Of a DNA stretch of 55,519 nt, positions 34,944 through 44,458 are shown piece after piece; position 1 is the stretch's first letter; the number at the start of each line of letters is the position of its first letter. Under the pieces are notes generated by a model. It worked only from the letters and a program-made list of their open reading frames with translations. It searched no databases and was not told where the DNA came from. The DNA lies in NCBI GenBank assembly GCA_937893795.1, contig CALCTH010000562.1, positions 1 to 55,519 on the forward strand, in the 5' to 3' direction. Origin of the DNA: an uncultured Myxococcales bacterium (GTDB lineage: Bacteria > Myxococcota_A > Polyangia > Polyangiales > Houyiibacteriaceae). Position numbers and translations under genes: made by a program.

Positions 34944-37136
34944 ATGAGGGGTTTGGGGGGACTGGTCGCGCTCTCGTTGCTCGTCGCGTCGTCGGCGCTC
35001 GCGAGACCTGACTACGGAGATCGTCTCCCCAACGGGAGTCGCGTCGGCTGCACGGCGTGCCATCTCACATCCGGCGGAGGCGACGAGTGCGGTGAGCCGC
35101 CGTGCCTGAACCCCTTCGGCGAGGACGTGAGGCCCTTCGTCTTCGGCGGGACGCTGGGACCCGTGTGGGAGGGCAGCACGCTGGCCTCCCAAGACCCCGA
35201 CGGCGACGGCTACACCAGCGGCTTCGAGTTGGGCGACCCCGCCGGTACGTGGGTGACGGGCGCGCCCGATCCCACCGATGGGCCCATCCGTTCGCCCGGC
35301 CTCGACGACGGCGTCGACGGCGAGGATGTCGATGAGTGCGCCTTCGGAGTGGACGACTGCGTGGCCCTCGCGACGTGCACGGACCTCGTGGAGCCCATGC
35401 CGGCTCGGCGCCCGAGCTTTCGCTGCACCTGCCCCAACGGACGCGTCGGGGACGGCACCACGGGCGGTACGGGGTGCGTCGACGCCGGTGGCTTCGATGG
35501 CTACCTCGGCGCGCGTCCCGTGTTCGACGGCCAAATCGTCGACGTCGACACCACGCAGAGCACGTCGGAAGTCGTGGAGTCCTCCTGCGGCGCGACCGGC
35601 CGCGACGTCTGGCTTCACTACCACTTCGAATGCCCGAGCGAGCTGAGCGTCGAGGTGGTGGAGGCCGACTTCCAGGTGTCCGTCGCGCTCTTCGACGACG
35701 ACTCGCTCGGCGATCCCACGCTGCTCCCCACGGAGCTCGCCGAAGTCGCCTGTCGGAACGGTGAAGGAACGCTCTCACGCCGGTGGGCGCGGGCCGGTGC
35801 GGTCATCCGCGTGTCTGGGCAGAGCGGCGAGGTGGGGCTGGCGCGCCTCCGCGTCTCGTGCGCGAGCCTCTCGAGCCATTGCAGCTCGGCCGGCGCCCTC
35901 GTCGACGGCACCGTCGAGTACGTGAGCGACAACCCCTTCGTGGGTCGCGACCCTCTGTCCGACGATCCCTGCCCCATCGATGGCGACAAGTGGTGGACGT
36001 ATACGGTCCCCTGCACGGGCACAGTCACCTTCGGACTCACCGAATACACGCCCACGATCTGCGAGCGCGAAGACGTCGGGGTCGCGGTGTACCGAGAAGC
36101 GGAGTGTGAGACGCAGGACACGCCGCTCGCCTGCAACGTCGTCCCCGTGGACTGCGACGAGCCCCTGCCCGAGGTGCGCGTCTTCGCGCTCGCGGGGGAG
36201 GAGTTTCTGCTGCGGGCGGGCGGCACGCTCCAGCACGTCGGGTCGGTGAACGTCTCCTGCGCGGAGGCGACCACGTGCACGGACTTCGACGACCAGTGCG
36301 ACGCCCGCGCGCTCTGCATCACGGACAACATGGGCGCGCTGACCTGCCAGTGCCCCGTCGGCTTCTCCGGCGATGGGCTCGCGCGGGGCACCGGCTGCAA
36401 CTTCGACGGCCCGTGCGTGGAGGCCGGCCTCACCTGCGGCGAGCACGCCCGGTGCCTGGCCGTAGACGGGGGCGGTCGTTGCCTCTGCGGTCCGGGCTAC
36501 GTGGATGGTGGCCTGACCTGCCTCGACGAGCGCGAGTGCTCTTCGGGCGTGGGCACCGCTGCCTGCAGCTCCAACGTCGCCAGCGCTCGTACGGTCTGCC
36601 TCGAGCGCGAAGGCAGCTTCGGCTGCGCATGCGAGGCTGGCTTCAGCATCGACACGGAGGCCTCGACGTTCCGCTGCGTCCGGCGCTGCGGCGACGGTCA
36701 GCGCGCGCCGCCGGAGCTCTGCGACGATGGCAACACGGTCGACGGCGATGGCTGCAGCGCCAGCTGCGACGAAGAGGTCGGCTTCCGCTGCTTCGAGACG
36801 GGTGACACCGCGAGCCGATGTGCGCCCACCTGCGGCGACGGCCTCATCGACGCCGAAGCCGGCGAGTCATGCGATGACGGTGCCCGCAACTCGGACACGC
36901 GCCCGAACGCATGCCGCACCGACTGCACGCTCCCCGTGTGCGGCGACGGGATCGTGGACACGGACTTCGACGAGGTCTGCGAGCCGAACCCCGACGAGCC
37001 GAGCTTCGACTGCAACCGGTTCTGTAAGCGGGGCTTCGGCTGCGCGACGTCGGGAAGCCCGTCCAGCGCAGCCTTCGTGACGGGCTTGCTCGTGCTGGCG
37101 CTCGTGCGTTTCCGGAGACGCCACGCGAGCGCATGA
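34944..37136 (+). CDS. Surface protein: temptin-like CxxCH domain, Ca-binding EGF repeats, beta-sandwich domains, DUF4215 repeats, MYXO-CTERM-like tail
   Basis: Signal peptide; GCTACH; LNPFGED...DPDGDGYTSGFELGDP; DVDEC EGF units; CGDG...LCDDGN; tail GCATSG...LLVLALVRFRRR. Confidence 0.85.
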   Translation: MRGLGGLVALSLLVASSALARPDYGDRLPNGSRVGCTACHLTSGGGDECGEPPCLNPFGEDVRPFVFGGTLGPVWEGSTLASQDPDGDGYTSGFELGDPAGTWVTGAPDPTDGPIRSPGLDDGVDGEDVDECAFGVDDCVALATCTDLVEPMPARRPSFRCTCPNGRVGDGTTGGTGCVDAGGFDGYLGARPVFDGQIVDVDTTQSTSEVVESSCGATGRDVWLHYHFECPSELSVEVVEADFQVSVALFDDDSLGDPTLLPTELAEVACRNGEGTLSRRWARAGAVIRVSGQSGEVGLARLRVSCASLSSHCSSAGALVDGTVEYVSDNPFVGRDPLSDDPCPIDGDKWWTYTVPCTGTVTFGLTEYTPTICEREDVGVAVYREAECETQDTPLACNVVPVDCDEPLPEVRVFALAGEEFLLRAGGTLQHVGSVNVSCAEATTCTDFDDQCDARALCITDNMGALTCQCPVGFSGDGLARGTGCNFDGPCVEAGLTCGEHARCLAVDGGGRCLCGPGYVDGGLTCLDERECSSGVGTAACSSNVASARTVCLEREGSFGCACEAGFSIDTEASTFRCVRRCGDGQRAPPELCDDGNTVDGDGCSASCDEEVGFRCFETGDTASRCAPTCGDGLIDAEAGESCDDGARNSDTRPNACRTDCTLPVCGDGIVDTDFDEVCEPNPDEPSFDCNRFCKRGFGCATSGSPSSAAFVTGLLVLALVRFRRRHASA

Positions 37137-37212
37137 CGCGGGTCGCCCGTGAGGCGAGGATCGCGAAAGGAACGGGTCGTGAGCGGTGATATCGTGGCGC
37201 CGGGTCCTCGTC

Positions 37213-37899
37213 ATGCCCTGGTTCGCCGACCTCGCGCCGCTCACCTATTTCACCCGGCAACCCGGAAGCCTGCGTGCCATCGGGTGGCTGAACGCGAACC
37301 ACGGCTATGCGAAGGGCCCGGTCGCGGAGGAGGACTTCGCGCGGCTCTGCGAGCTGCTCGTCGACCCGTGGGAGCCCGGGGGCTTCACCGGCTCCCATGC
37401 GTGCGACCTCTGCCGCTTCACCTCGGGGCCCACTAACGTCCACTTCCGGAAGAGCAGCGTCAGCGTCGGCCACGCCAACCTCTTCCTGCCTGCGGGCGAC
37501 GTGCTCTTCGTCGCGCCTTCGCTCGTGGTTCACTACATCGACGCGCACGAGTATCAGCCGCCGCCGGTCTTCTGGGAGGCGGTCCGGGCGTGCCCGCCGA
37601 TGCGTAGCCTGGCCTACAAGAAGGCGCTGCTGGCGGCCGGAGGCGGGGCGTTGCTGGAGCACGAAGCGCGGGAGGGTCCGGTGCCGAGTCGCTGGTCCGA
37701 GCGGCCCAAGAACGTGCGTCTTCCGCCGGGTGCGTTGGAGGCTCCCCGGCCGGCGACGTGGCGGGTCATGCGCATCGACGACAACGGCAACCAGTTCGAG
37801 GTCGCGCGCTTCGCCACCGAGCGCGAGGCCGACGACGCGGCCATGCGCTTCGAGGCCCGCGGTCACAAGCAGAGCTACTGGGTCGAAGGAGTGGGCTGA
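37213..37899 (+). CDS. Two-domain hypothetical protein: HxCxxC-type domain fused to a small SPOR-like domain
   Basis: FADLAP..Y, AIGWL, GSHACDLC, FVAPSLVVHYIDAHEYQPP; C-terminal WRVMRIDDNGNQFEV..F..E.EA....FEARGHKQSYWVE. Confidence 0.75.
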   Translation: MPWFADLAPLTYFTRQPGSLRAIGWLNANHGYAKGPVAEEDFARLCELLVDPWEPGGFTGSHACDLCRFTSGPTNVHFRKSSVSVGHANLFLPAGDVLFVAPSLVVHYIDAHEYQPPPVFWEAVRACPPMRSLAYKKALLAAGGGALLEHEAREGPVPSRWSERPKNVRLPPGALEAPRPATWRVMRIDDNGNQFEVARFATEREADDAAMRFEARGHKQSYWVEGVG

Positions 37900-38002
37900 T
37901 TCGCCGGGCCGCTCCCTACGCGGGACGGTTGATCGAGCGACCCTCGAGCCGGCGGCGCTGCATCCGCTGGCGTCGTCGGAGCCGGATGGCAACGCTGCGC
38001 GG

Positions 38003-38437
38003 GTGATCGATGTGCGTCCGGTAAATGCGGCGGAGCTACCGGCGCTTCGGGTGCTGGTCCGCGACGCGATCCGGGACACCTACCCGGACATCGTCGCGCG
38101 CATCGGCGACCCGGACCTCGGCGCCCCCGGGCGCTGGGTGCCGGCGCTCGTCGCGCTCACCAGTCGCGCGCTCGTCGGCGTAGGCCTCGCCCAACGAGCC
38201 GTCGTCACCGACCTCTGGGTCGCGCGCCCGGCCCGGGGCCGCGGCGTCGGCGCCGCGCTGCTCGCCGCCCTCGAAGCACGGGTCGCCAGCGAGGGTCACT
38301 CGAGGGCTCGGCTGCGATGCGTCGCCACGAACACCCGGGCTCGCGCCTTCTATCGCCGGGCCGGGTGGCATGTGGTCGGCCAGCATGCGCACGAGCGCTT
38401 CGGGCACCCGATGGTGGACTTTGCGAAGCGTCTCTAG
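38003..38437 (+). CDS. GNAT family N-acetyltransferase
   Basis: DLWVARPARGRGVGAALL (motif A) and NTRARAFYRRAGW. Confidence 0.88.
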   Translation: MIDVRPVNAAELPALRVLVRDAIRDTYPDIVARIGDPDLGAPGRWVPALVALTSRALVGVGLAQRAVVTDLWVARPARGRGVGAALLAALEARVASEGHSRARLRCVATNTRARAFYRRAGWHVVGQHAHERFGHPMVDFAKRL

Positions 38438-39693
38438 AAGCCGCGCGGGCTTCTGAGGGCGGCGGCTTGCCGGGCGGCGAGCTGTTCGGCGCGGGCTTCG
38501 GGACCGACATGCGGTTCGTCGTGCGGAAGGTGCGCGCGCAGCTCATCGAAAGGAACGACCCGAACCGTGGGGCGGTGCGCCTTGCGGAAGCGGCGCCCCG
38601 GCAGGCCCTGCCAGCGGAGGAAGGCGAACACCGTCGACGCCCCTGCCGGGTCGAGCCAGTTGGCGACGCCGGGATCCCGTCGGCTCACCACCATGTGCAG
38701 CAGGCCGTCCGAGCTCGGCCGAGCCTGCGCCGCGGTCAGGCTTGTTTGCCGGCGGGTGTAGTCGAGGCTGTTGAACCACAGGTCGCCCACCTGGATGGAC
38801 TGATAGCGGGCGCGCGACCGGGGCACGCTGATGACCGTCGCGGTGTCGGCGTGCGCCGGGAAGACCCCCTTCACGTTGAACTGGCCCGTGAGGCCTCCGC
38901 TGGCGGACTCCGCGGGCTCGCTCAGCGTGTTCGGCTCCAGCTCGCCGAGGAGCTTGCCCACGAAGGCGACCCACCCGGCCGTGGAGGTCGTGAGGTGTTG
39001 CGCGGCGCGCGCGTACTGGCCGCTCACGAGGTCGGGGGTGACGAGCGGGCGCGGCGTCCCCCAGGTGTCCGTGCGTTCGATGGTCCAGGTGCCCGCCGTC
39101 TCGCGCTCCCAGTCCATGAAGCTCTCGCGAATGAGCACCGTGGTCGCGCCCCGCTCGCCATCGGCGATGGCCAGCCAGTTGTCCCCCTCGCACGTGTCGC
39201 TGATCACGATCTCGAAGTTCCCCTCGTCGTCGGTGACCAGCTCCTCCGACGACATCTGGCTCACGGTCTCGAGCTTGAAGACGCCGGAGCCGACCTGGAT
39301 CTGGAGGTCCGCGCTCGTGCCTCGACGCCCGCGCACGACGTACCTCCCGGGCGCCGAGATGGACGCCAGGTGATAGCGATTGTCCGGGTTGAAGAGGCCG
39401 AACTGATTGTGCCGATCGCTCAGCCGAAACTCGGGAAAGAGCGGGTCGTGGAGGATGAAGCCCTGGTCGAGCGCGGCCGAGATGTTGTGCTTCAACTGCC
39501 GCTCGGCCGCCGCCCGCTCCAGCGGCCTGTTCTCGTTCCGGAGAAACCAGGGCGCGCCGAGCATGATCCGGCGCGCCCGCTCGATGGCCCGGGCGAATCG
39601 CTCCGGTCCATCGAGGGTCGCGAGGTCGTGGGCGGGGGCAAGGGGCTGGGTTAGGTAGGGCGGCTTCGCGTGGGGGGTCGTGATTCGAGTCAT
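38434..39693 (-). CDS. DUF1214-domain protein
   Basis: FGLFNPDNRY, YVVRGRRG, DDEGNFEIVIS, IRESFMDW, WFNSLDY..RQTSL, VSRRDPGVANWLD, FLRWQ. Confidence 0.85.
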   Translation of the reverse strand: MTRITTPHAKPPYLTQPLAPAHDLATLDGPERFARAIERARRIMLGAPWFLRNENRPLERAAAERQLKHNISAALDQGFILHDPLFPEFRLSDRHNQFGLFNPDNRYHLASISAPGRYVVRGRRGTSADLQIQVGSGVFKLETVSQMSSEELVTDDEGNFEIVISDTCEGDNWLAIADGERGATTVLIRESFMDWERETAGTWTIERTDTWGTPRPLVTPDLVSGQYARAAQHLTTSTAGWVAFVGKLLGELEPNTLSEPAESASGGLTGQFNVKGVFPAHADTATVISVPRSRARYQSIQVGDLWFNSLDYTRRQTSLTAAQARPSSDGLLHMVVSRRDPGVANWLDPAGASTVFAFLRWQGLPGRRFRKAHRPTVRVVPFDELRAHLPHDEPHVGPEARAEQLAARQAAALRSPRGF

Positions 39694-39785
39694 GAGTCGC
39701 CTCGGGAGCTGGAGCGTCGGTGCGCGGCCGCGGGGCAACCGTCGCCCCCCGACCACGACGAAGCTGCGTCCGCTCCCGGGCCCTC

Positions 39786-39804
39786 GCGACTTAAGGCGAC
39801 TTAA
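39786..39804. promoter_or_regulatory. Direct-repeat operator candidate (OmpR/PhoB-type) upstream of the DUF1214 gene
   Basis: GCGACTTAA-G-GCGACTTAA: a perfect 9-bp repeat at 10-bp period with an AT-rich core in GC-rich DNA. Confidence 0.55.
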
Positions 39805-39876
39805 CGCGCGCTGCCGATGGCCGGGCGCGTCGCTTCGGGCTCGCAGCACACACGAGGTTCGCCGGACCCGAGGTCG

Positions 39877-41121
39877 CTAGCTGCCGGTTTCGACGCAGTA
39901 GAGGCGAAGGTCGGAAGCCGAAGCGCAGCGGCGTGTACGAAGGGTCCAGAAGGCGCCGTTCACCGGCGACGCGGGGAACCCGTAGTGGCCGCGGATGTCG
40001 CTCGAGTCCGAGCCCCAGTCGTCGCAAGACGTGTCGCCGAGCGCGTCGATGCGTTCGCTTCCGGTCCACACGCGGCGCACCTCGCTCGGGTACGTGCCGT
40101 CGCCCTGCTGCCACGCCCCCGTTCGCCACTCGCCGACCGCGAGCTGCGCGCCGGTGCCGACGGCGACGCCATCCGGGCGCACGTAGGTAGCGGCCGGGTC
40201 GAGGACTTCGCTCGCGGCGCTAGTGCCCGTGGCGAGGAGGGGTGCGATGTCTCCTGCACCGGCGGGCTTGCTCGCCTCACAGGCGGCCGCGGGCGTCACG
40301 CTTCCGCCCGGCTCGAAGTCGTCGTTGGTGAGGTAGATCAAGCGCCCGGCCTCTCGCTCCGGCACGACCTCGCGCGAGTGCACGTTCTCGATGCAGTAGA
40401 TGCGCCGCGGGGAGCACGTCGACGAACCGCGGCTGGTCCACGCGCGGGGGCCCCCGTCGGCCCTGCCCGTCGTCATCCCCTGCGTCGCATCGGTCCAGTC
40501 TCGGCAGTGGTTGGCGGAGCGCGCGCCTTCCGCGTCCGTCCCCGTAGCGACGACTTCCTCGGGAGGGACGCGAGCACCCGTCTCGTCGAAGGCCACGCCG
40601 CGAAACACCTCGCTGGCCAGCACGTCGTCCGCAAAGGGCTGCCCGTCCATGCGCACGAAGCCTCGGGCCGGGCCCAAGCGGCTCGCGGCCGTGCTCGCGG
40701 CGTCGCTCATCCAGGCCATGAAGCGGGCGTCGTCGGCACCCTGGAGCCCGGCGCGGGTCGCGAGCCGGTTGCACGCGGCGTCGTAGGGCCCGACCCCTCC
40801 CAGGTCCATCGCGAGGGTCTCCGAGCTGACGAAGACGCGATTGAGCGCGGAGCTCGGTGAGCCCGCGTCGAAGGGCGCCGCGACGTCCCGTGGGGCGTCC
40901 ATCAGGCTCGCGTCGGGAGCGCCCGTGCCATCCGGTGGCCCAACGTCGGCCGCGTCCGACGCCGCGGCATCCGGCACCAGTGCGGCATCGGCGTCCGGCG
41001 CTTCGAGCTCCGGTGGTAGCGCCGCATCCGCGTCGAGCGGGGAAGGGCCGGACGGCCTCGACTGGGCACAGCCCACGAAACAGAGCGCAGCCATGCCGAC
41101 GCAGACGGAGGGTGTGGCCAT
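39877..41121 (-). CDS. Lipoprotein with two DUF1554 (endostatin/Len-like) domains
   Basis: Lipobox FVGC, long DAx linker, RVFVSS...DLGG...DAACNRLATRAGL...FMAWMSD, HCRDWT, RIYCIE; second copy ends RLYCVE. Confidence 0.8.
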   Translation of the reverse strand: MATPSVCVGMAALCFVGCAQSRPSGPSPLDADAALPPELEAPDADAALVPDAAASDAADVGPPDGTGAPDASLMDAPRDVAAPFDAGSPSSALNRVFVSSETLAMDLGGVGPYDAACNRLATRAGLQGADDARFMAWMSDAASTAASRLGPARGFVRMDGQPFADDVLASEVFRGVAFDETGARVPPEEVVATGTDAEGARSANHCRDWTDATQGMTTGRADGGPRAWTSRGSSTCSPRRIYCIENVHSREVVPEREAGRLIYLTNDDFEPGGSVTPAAACEASKPAGAGDIAPLLATGTSAASEVLDPAATYVRPDGVAVGTGAQLAVGEWRTGAWQQGDGTYPSEVRRVWTGSERIDALGDTSCDDWGSDSSDIRGHYGFPASPVNGAFWTLRTRRCASASDLRLYCVETGS

Positions 41122-41274
41122 GGACACGTCCGGGACGTACGGCAGCCCATCGATGTCTCGAAGACCTGCCTGGGCAGTCGTCGCGTCGAGTCGCGCTCCG
41201 AGCGCTCCGGAGGCACCCGGGAGTCGGCTTCCGGACGTACGCTGCTCAGCCCGCGAGCGCGGCGTTCCAAGGAC

Positions 41275-42783
41275 GTGGTGTACGGTGCCCGTGTGCGCTT
41301 CTTATCTTGCTTGATTTTGGGGGTGACGTGCGCGTGCCCCGCGTCCCTCGAGGGCGTCCCGCCGGATGCAGGTGGTGACGGAGCGGCCGACGCCAGCGCG
41401 GACGAAGGCTGGGACCTCGCGCCGGTCGTCGACGCGGCGACTTTGGGGCCCACCCTAATCGTCGAGCTGCGCGACCGCTTGGACCGACCCGTCGCCGGAC
41501 ATCCGGTCGCCGTGAGGCTCGGAGATCTCGGCGACGTTTGGCGAGGGGAGTCCGACGGCGCGGGGGAGGCCCGGTTCCTGGGCCTCTCGCTCGATGGTGC
41601 GGCCCTTCTTTCGCTCACGACCTACGAGCCGGAAGGCATCCCCGTTGGGGAGGCCGCCGAAGTTGGCGGCGTTTGGAGCGAGCCGCTCTTCTTGGCGGGC
41701 TCGCCGGAGGGTGACGACTGGCGTGTCCGCCTCGTCGTGGACGACTACTTCGCTCGCCCGACGGTGCTTCGCGGGCGCGTGCGCGGTGTGTCGGGGTTGC
41801 CACTGCCCCAGTTTCGGTTGACCGGGGGCGTTCTCTCGGGTGGCGCGGTGGACACCGGCCCGGACGGCACCGCCTTCAGCGTGGCCGCCGTGCAATGGAC
41901 CACGACGCTCGCACCCTGGATGGTGGTGAGCTTCACCGCCGAGGACCGCTTCGTGACTACCGCCGTACCCTGGCCTGCGGGCCTCCCCAGCGAACCGCAA
42001 ATGGTCGACATCCAGCTCCCGGACGCGGAGATGACGCCGGCCGAAGTCTCCTTCGAGACGCCGCGGATCGAGGAGGCCAACTGCGCCGTCACCGTGCGCG
42101 CTGCCGGTGTGGGGCTCCTGGGGCTGAGTCGGTACGCGCCATGCGACGGAGCCCTTCGGACGCTGACCTGGGTCCCCTTGGCGGGCACGCGCGACGGCAC
42201 GCTCTTCGTGCAAGGGGCCACCGGCGAGCCCCCCCGGCGGCGGACGCAGCGTGGCCTACCAGACGAAGTGTTCGCGGAGCTGCCGATGAGTCCCGAGCTG
42301 CCCTCGACGCCCCGTCTTGCGGGCAGCGAGTTCACCACCGCCGCGGAGCTTGCGGCAAGCCTGTCCACGGTCGAGGCGTCCGTAGTTCGAAGCCTCCGGG
42401 TGCGCGCGCCGCTCGTCACGCTCGACGTCCGTATCGGGTCTTCGCCCGGCCGCGTTCCGCCGCTCCCGGGTGAGCTCCGGTGGGCGCAGGTTCGGGAGCT
42501 CGCCACGAGCGACGCCTTCTTCGTCGCGGTGAGGGACACCAAGGTCTTCGCGGGCCCACCGGAAGCACCCACCCACTTCGCCTTCGCCGAGGACGGCGGC
42601 AGGAGCCTGTTGTCGGTCGACGAACGTGACGCCCGGACCCCCCGTCCCTCGCCCATACTCGCGCGCCACGAGTCGCATCGAGTGGCCCGGCGCCCTGGTC
42701 CGACTAGCGTCCTACCTGGGGCGACGAACGGGCCGACAGGGCTCCACGCCCAGCGTGCCGCGAGGCACGGGACTTACTTATGA
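41275..42783 (+). CDS. Uncharacterised lipoprotein (Ig-like; C-terminus possibly run-on)
   Basis: Hydrophobic signal ending VTCAC, DAG linker, VELRDRLDRPVAGHPV...SDGAGEARF. The last ~50 aa look non-coding-like. Confidence 0.65.
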   Translation: MVYGARVRFLSCLILGVTCACPASLEGVPPDAGGDGAADASADEGWDLAPVVDAATLGPTLIVELRDRLDRPVAGHPVAVRLGDLGDVWRGESDGAGEARFLGLSLDGAALLSLTTYEPEGIPVGEAAEVGGVWSEPLFLAGSPEGDDWRVRLVVDDYFARPTVLRGRVRGVSGLPLPQFRLTGGVLSGGAVDTGPDGTAFSVAAVQWTTTLAPWMVVSFTAEDRFVTTAVPWPAGLPSEPQMVDIQLPDAEMTPAEVSFETPRIEEANCAVTVRAAGVGLLGLSRYAPCDGALRTLTWVPLAGTRDGTLFVQGATGEPPRRRTQRGLPDEVFAELPMSPELPSTPRLAGSEFTTAAELAASLSTVEASVVRSLRVRAPLVTLDVRIGSSPGRVPPLPGELRWAQVRELATSDAFFVAVRDTKVFAGPPEAPTHFAFAEDGGRSLLSVDERDARTPRPSPILARHESHRVARRPGPTSVLPGATNGPTGLHAQRAARHGTYL

Positions 42784-44324
42784 CGAAGACACGACTTCTC
42801 TTGGTGGCCGCGCTCGCCGTGGCCGCCGTCGCCTGCGGCGACGATGACGCGTCCACGGACACCGGGGCCCTCGATGCCGGCACGGAGTGCCCCGCGGGTC
42901 AGCTGCTGTGCGGGAGGGAGTGCGTCGACACGGGCGTCGACCCCTCGAACTGCGGCACCTGTGGCGCGGTATGCGGGGCCGGTGAGCTTTGCAGCGCCGG
43001 AACGTGCGCCCTCTCCTGCGGCGGAGGCACCACCCGGTGCGGCGAGCTCTGCGCCGACACGCAGCTCGACCCGGCGAACTGCGGCGGCTGCGCCGTGGAC
43101 TGCGCAGCCGGTGAGCTGTGCTCCATGGGCACCTGCGGCCTGAGCTGCGTCGGCGGCACGACGCGCTGCGGCGACGCCTGCGTCGACACCGCGAGCGATC
43201 CGGTGAACTGCGGCGGCTGCGGCGCCGCCTGTGCGCCCGGCGAGCTCTGCAGCGCGGGCGCCTGCTCACTGAGCTGCGGCGGAGGCAGCACCCAATGCGG
43301 CGACCGCTGCGTCGATACCATGAGCGATCCGGCGAACTGCGGGGGCTGCGACGCGGCCTGCCCGCGCGGGGAGCTCTGCCTGGAGGGCACCTGCGCCCAA
43401 GCGTGCCCGGCGCCGAACGTGGCGTGCGGCGACCGGTGCGTGGACACGGGCTCGAACCCGGACTTCTGCGGCGCCTGCGACGTGGCCTGTGCCGCCGGTG
43501 AGTTCTGCACGGACGGCGTCTGCGCGACCGAGTGCCCGGTACCGAACGTGGTCTGCGGTGACCGGTGCGTGGACACGGCTTCGAACCCGGACTTCTGCGG
43601 CGCTTGCGACGTTGCCTGCGGGTCCACGGAAGCGTGTTTGGCCGGGCGCTGTCTCCCGCTCGAGCAGCTCGACGTCCTCGTCTACTCCGACGACGAGACG
43701 CGCTTCGACGCCACCACGCATCCCGTCGTCGTCGCGGCGGCGGCCGTCGGCTTCGTCGATGTGACCCTCATCTTCGACGACGAGTTCGCCTTCGAAGCCG
43801 CGCGTCTGGCCGGAGACGTGGACCTGCTGGTCGTCGACGCGAGCCTCGCCATCCTCCCGGACGAGGTGCTGGCCGCCGCCGAGGCGCGCGCCCGTGCGGA
43901 GCTTCCGCTGGTCTTCAGCTACTGGAACCTCGACAACACGGACGCGGCGGAGACGTCCCTCCGCGCCGCGCTCGGCGTCACCACGCGCAGCTACAGCGTG
44001 GCCGAAGGCGTCTTCGTCACGGCGGGCGCGGACCCGAACCTCTTCACTTTCGAGGAGACGGTCACCTCGCCGATGGCGGCCACCGACCGCGTCGTCGACG
44101 ACGGCGACTATCTCGATCTCACGGGCGCGGGCGACGTGCTCTTCTCCGCAGGCGGCGCGGCCGGCAGCGACAACCTCGGCGTGCTCACCAACCGTCGCAC
44201 GTCCCTCGTGCTCGGCTTCCTCCTCGCGAACCTCGACGACAGCGACGTCGACGCGGACGGCATCGACGACGTCGACGAGCTGATGACCAACATCCTCGCG
44301 TGGTTCGCGGCGGGCCGGCCGTGA
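42780..44324 (+). CDS. Lipoprotein with six Stig1/MXAN_6577-like Cys-rich repeats and an acidic C-terminal domain
   Basis: Lipobox AVAC and repeated CVDT..DP.NCG.C...C..GELC..G.C. Confidence 0.88.
   Translation: MTKTRLLLVAALAVAAVACGDDDASTDTGALDAGTECPAGQLLCGRECVDTGVDPSNCGTCGAVCGAGELCSAGTCALSCGGGTTRCGELCADTQLDPANCGGCAVDCAAGELCSMGTCGLSCVGGTTRCGDACVDTASDPVNCGGCGAACAPGELCSAGACSLSCGGGSTQCGDRCVDTMSDPANCGGCDAACPRGELCLEGTCAQACPAPNVACGDRCVDTGSNPDFCGACDVACAAGEFCTDGVCATECPVPNVVCGDRCVDTASNPDFCGACDVACGSTEACLAGRCLPLEQLDVLVYSDDETRFDATTHPVVVAAAAVGFVDVTLIFDDEFAFEAARLAGDVDLLVVDASLAILPDEVLAAAEARARAELPLVFSYWNLDNTDAAETSLRAALGVTTRSYSVAEGVFVTAGADPNLFTFEETVTSPMAATDRVVDDGDYLDLTGAGDVLFSAGGAAGSDNLGVLTNRRTSLVLGFLLANLDDSDVDADGIDDVDELMTNILAWFAAGRP
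42921..43655 (+). repeat. Six tandem ~129-bp (43-aa) Cys-rich coding repeats
   Basis: Units start at 42921, 43050 and onward. Confidence 0.85.
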
Positions 44325-44458
44325 CGCGACGCGAGGCGCTCGCCGTCTTCGGTAGCCCGCGGGCTCCGGCTCGCTAAGCTGGGGGCTCGTGAGGGGATCC
44401 GGGCGCCGATCTCGTAGGGTGAATTGAGAGCAGCGTTCGTCTCCTGGGAGCCACACGC

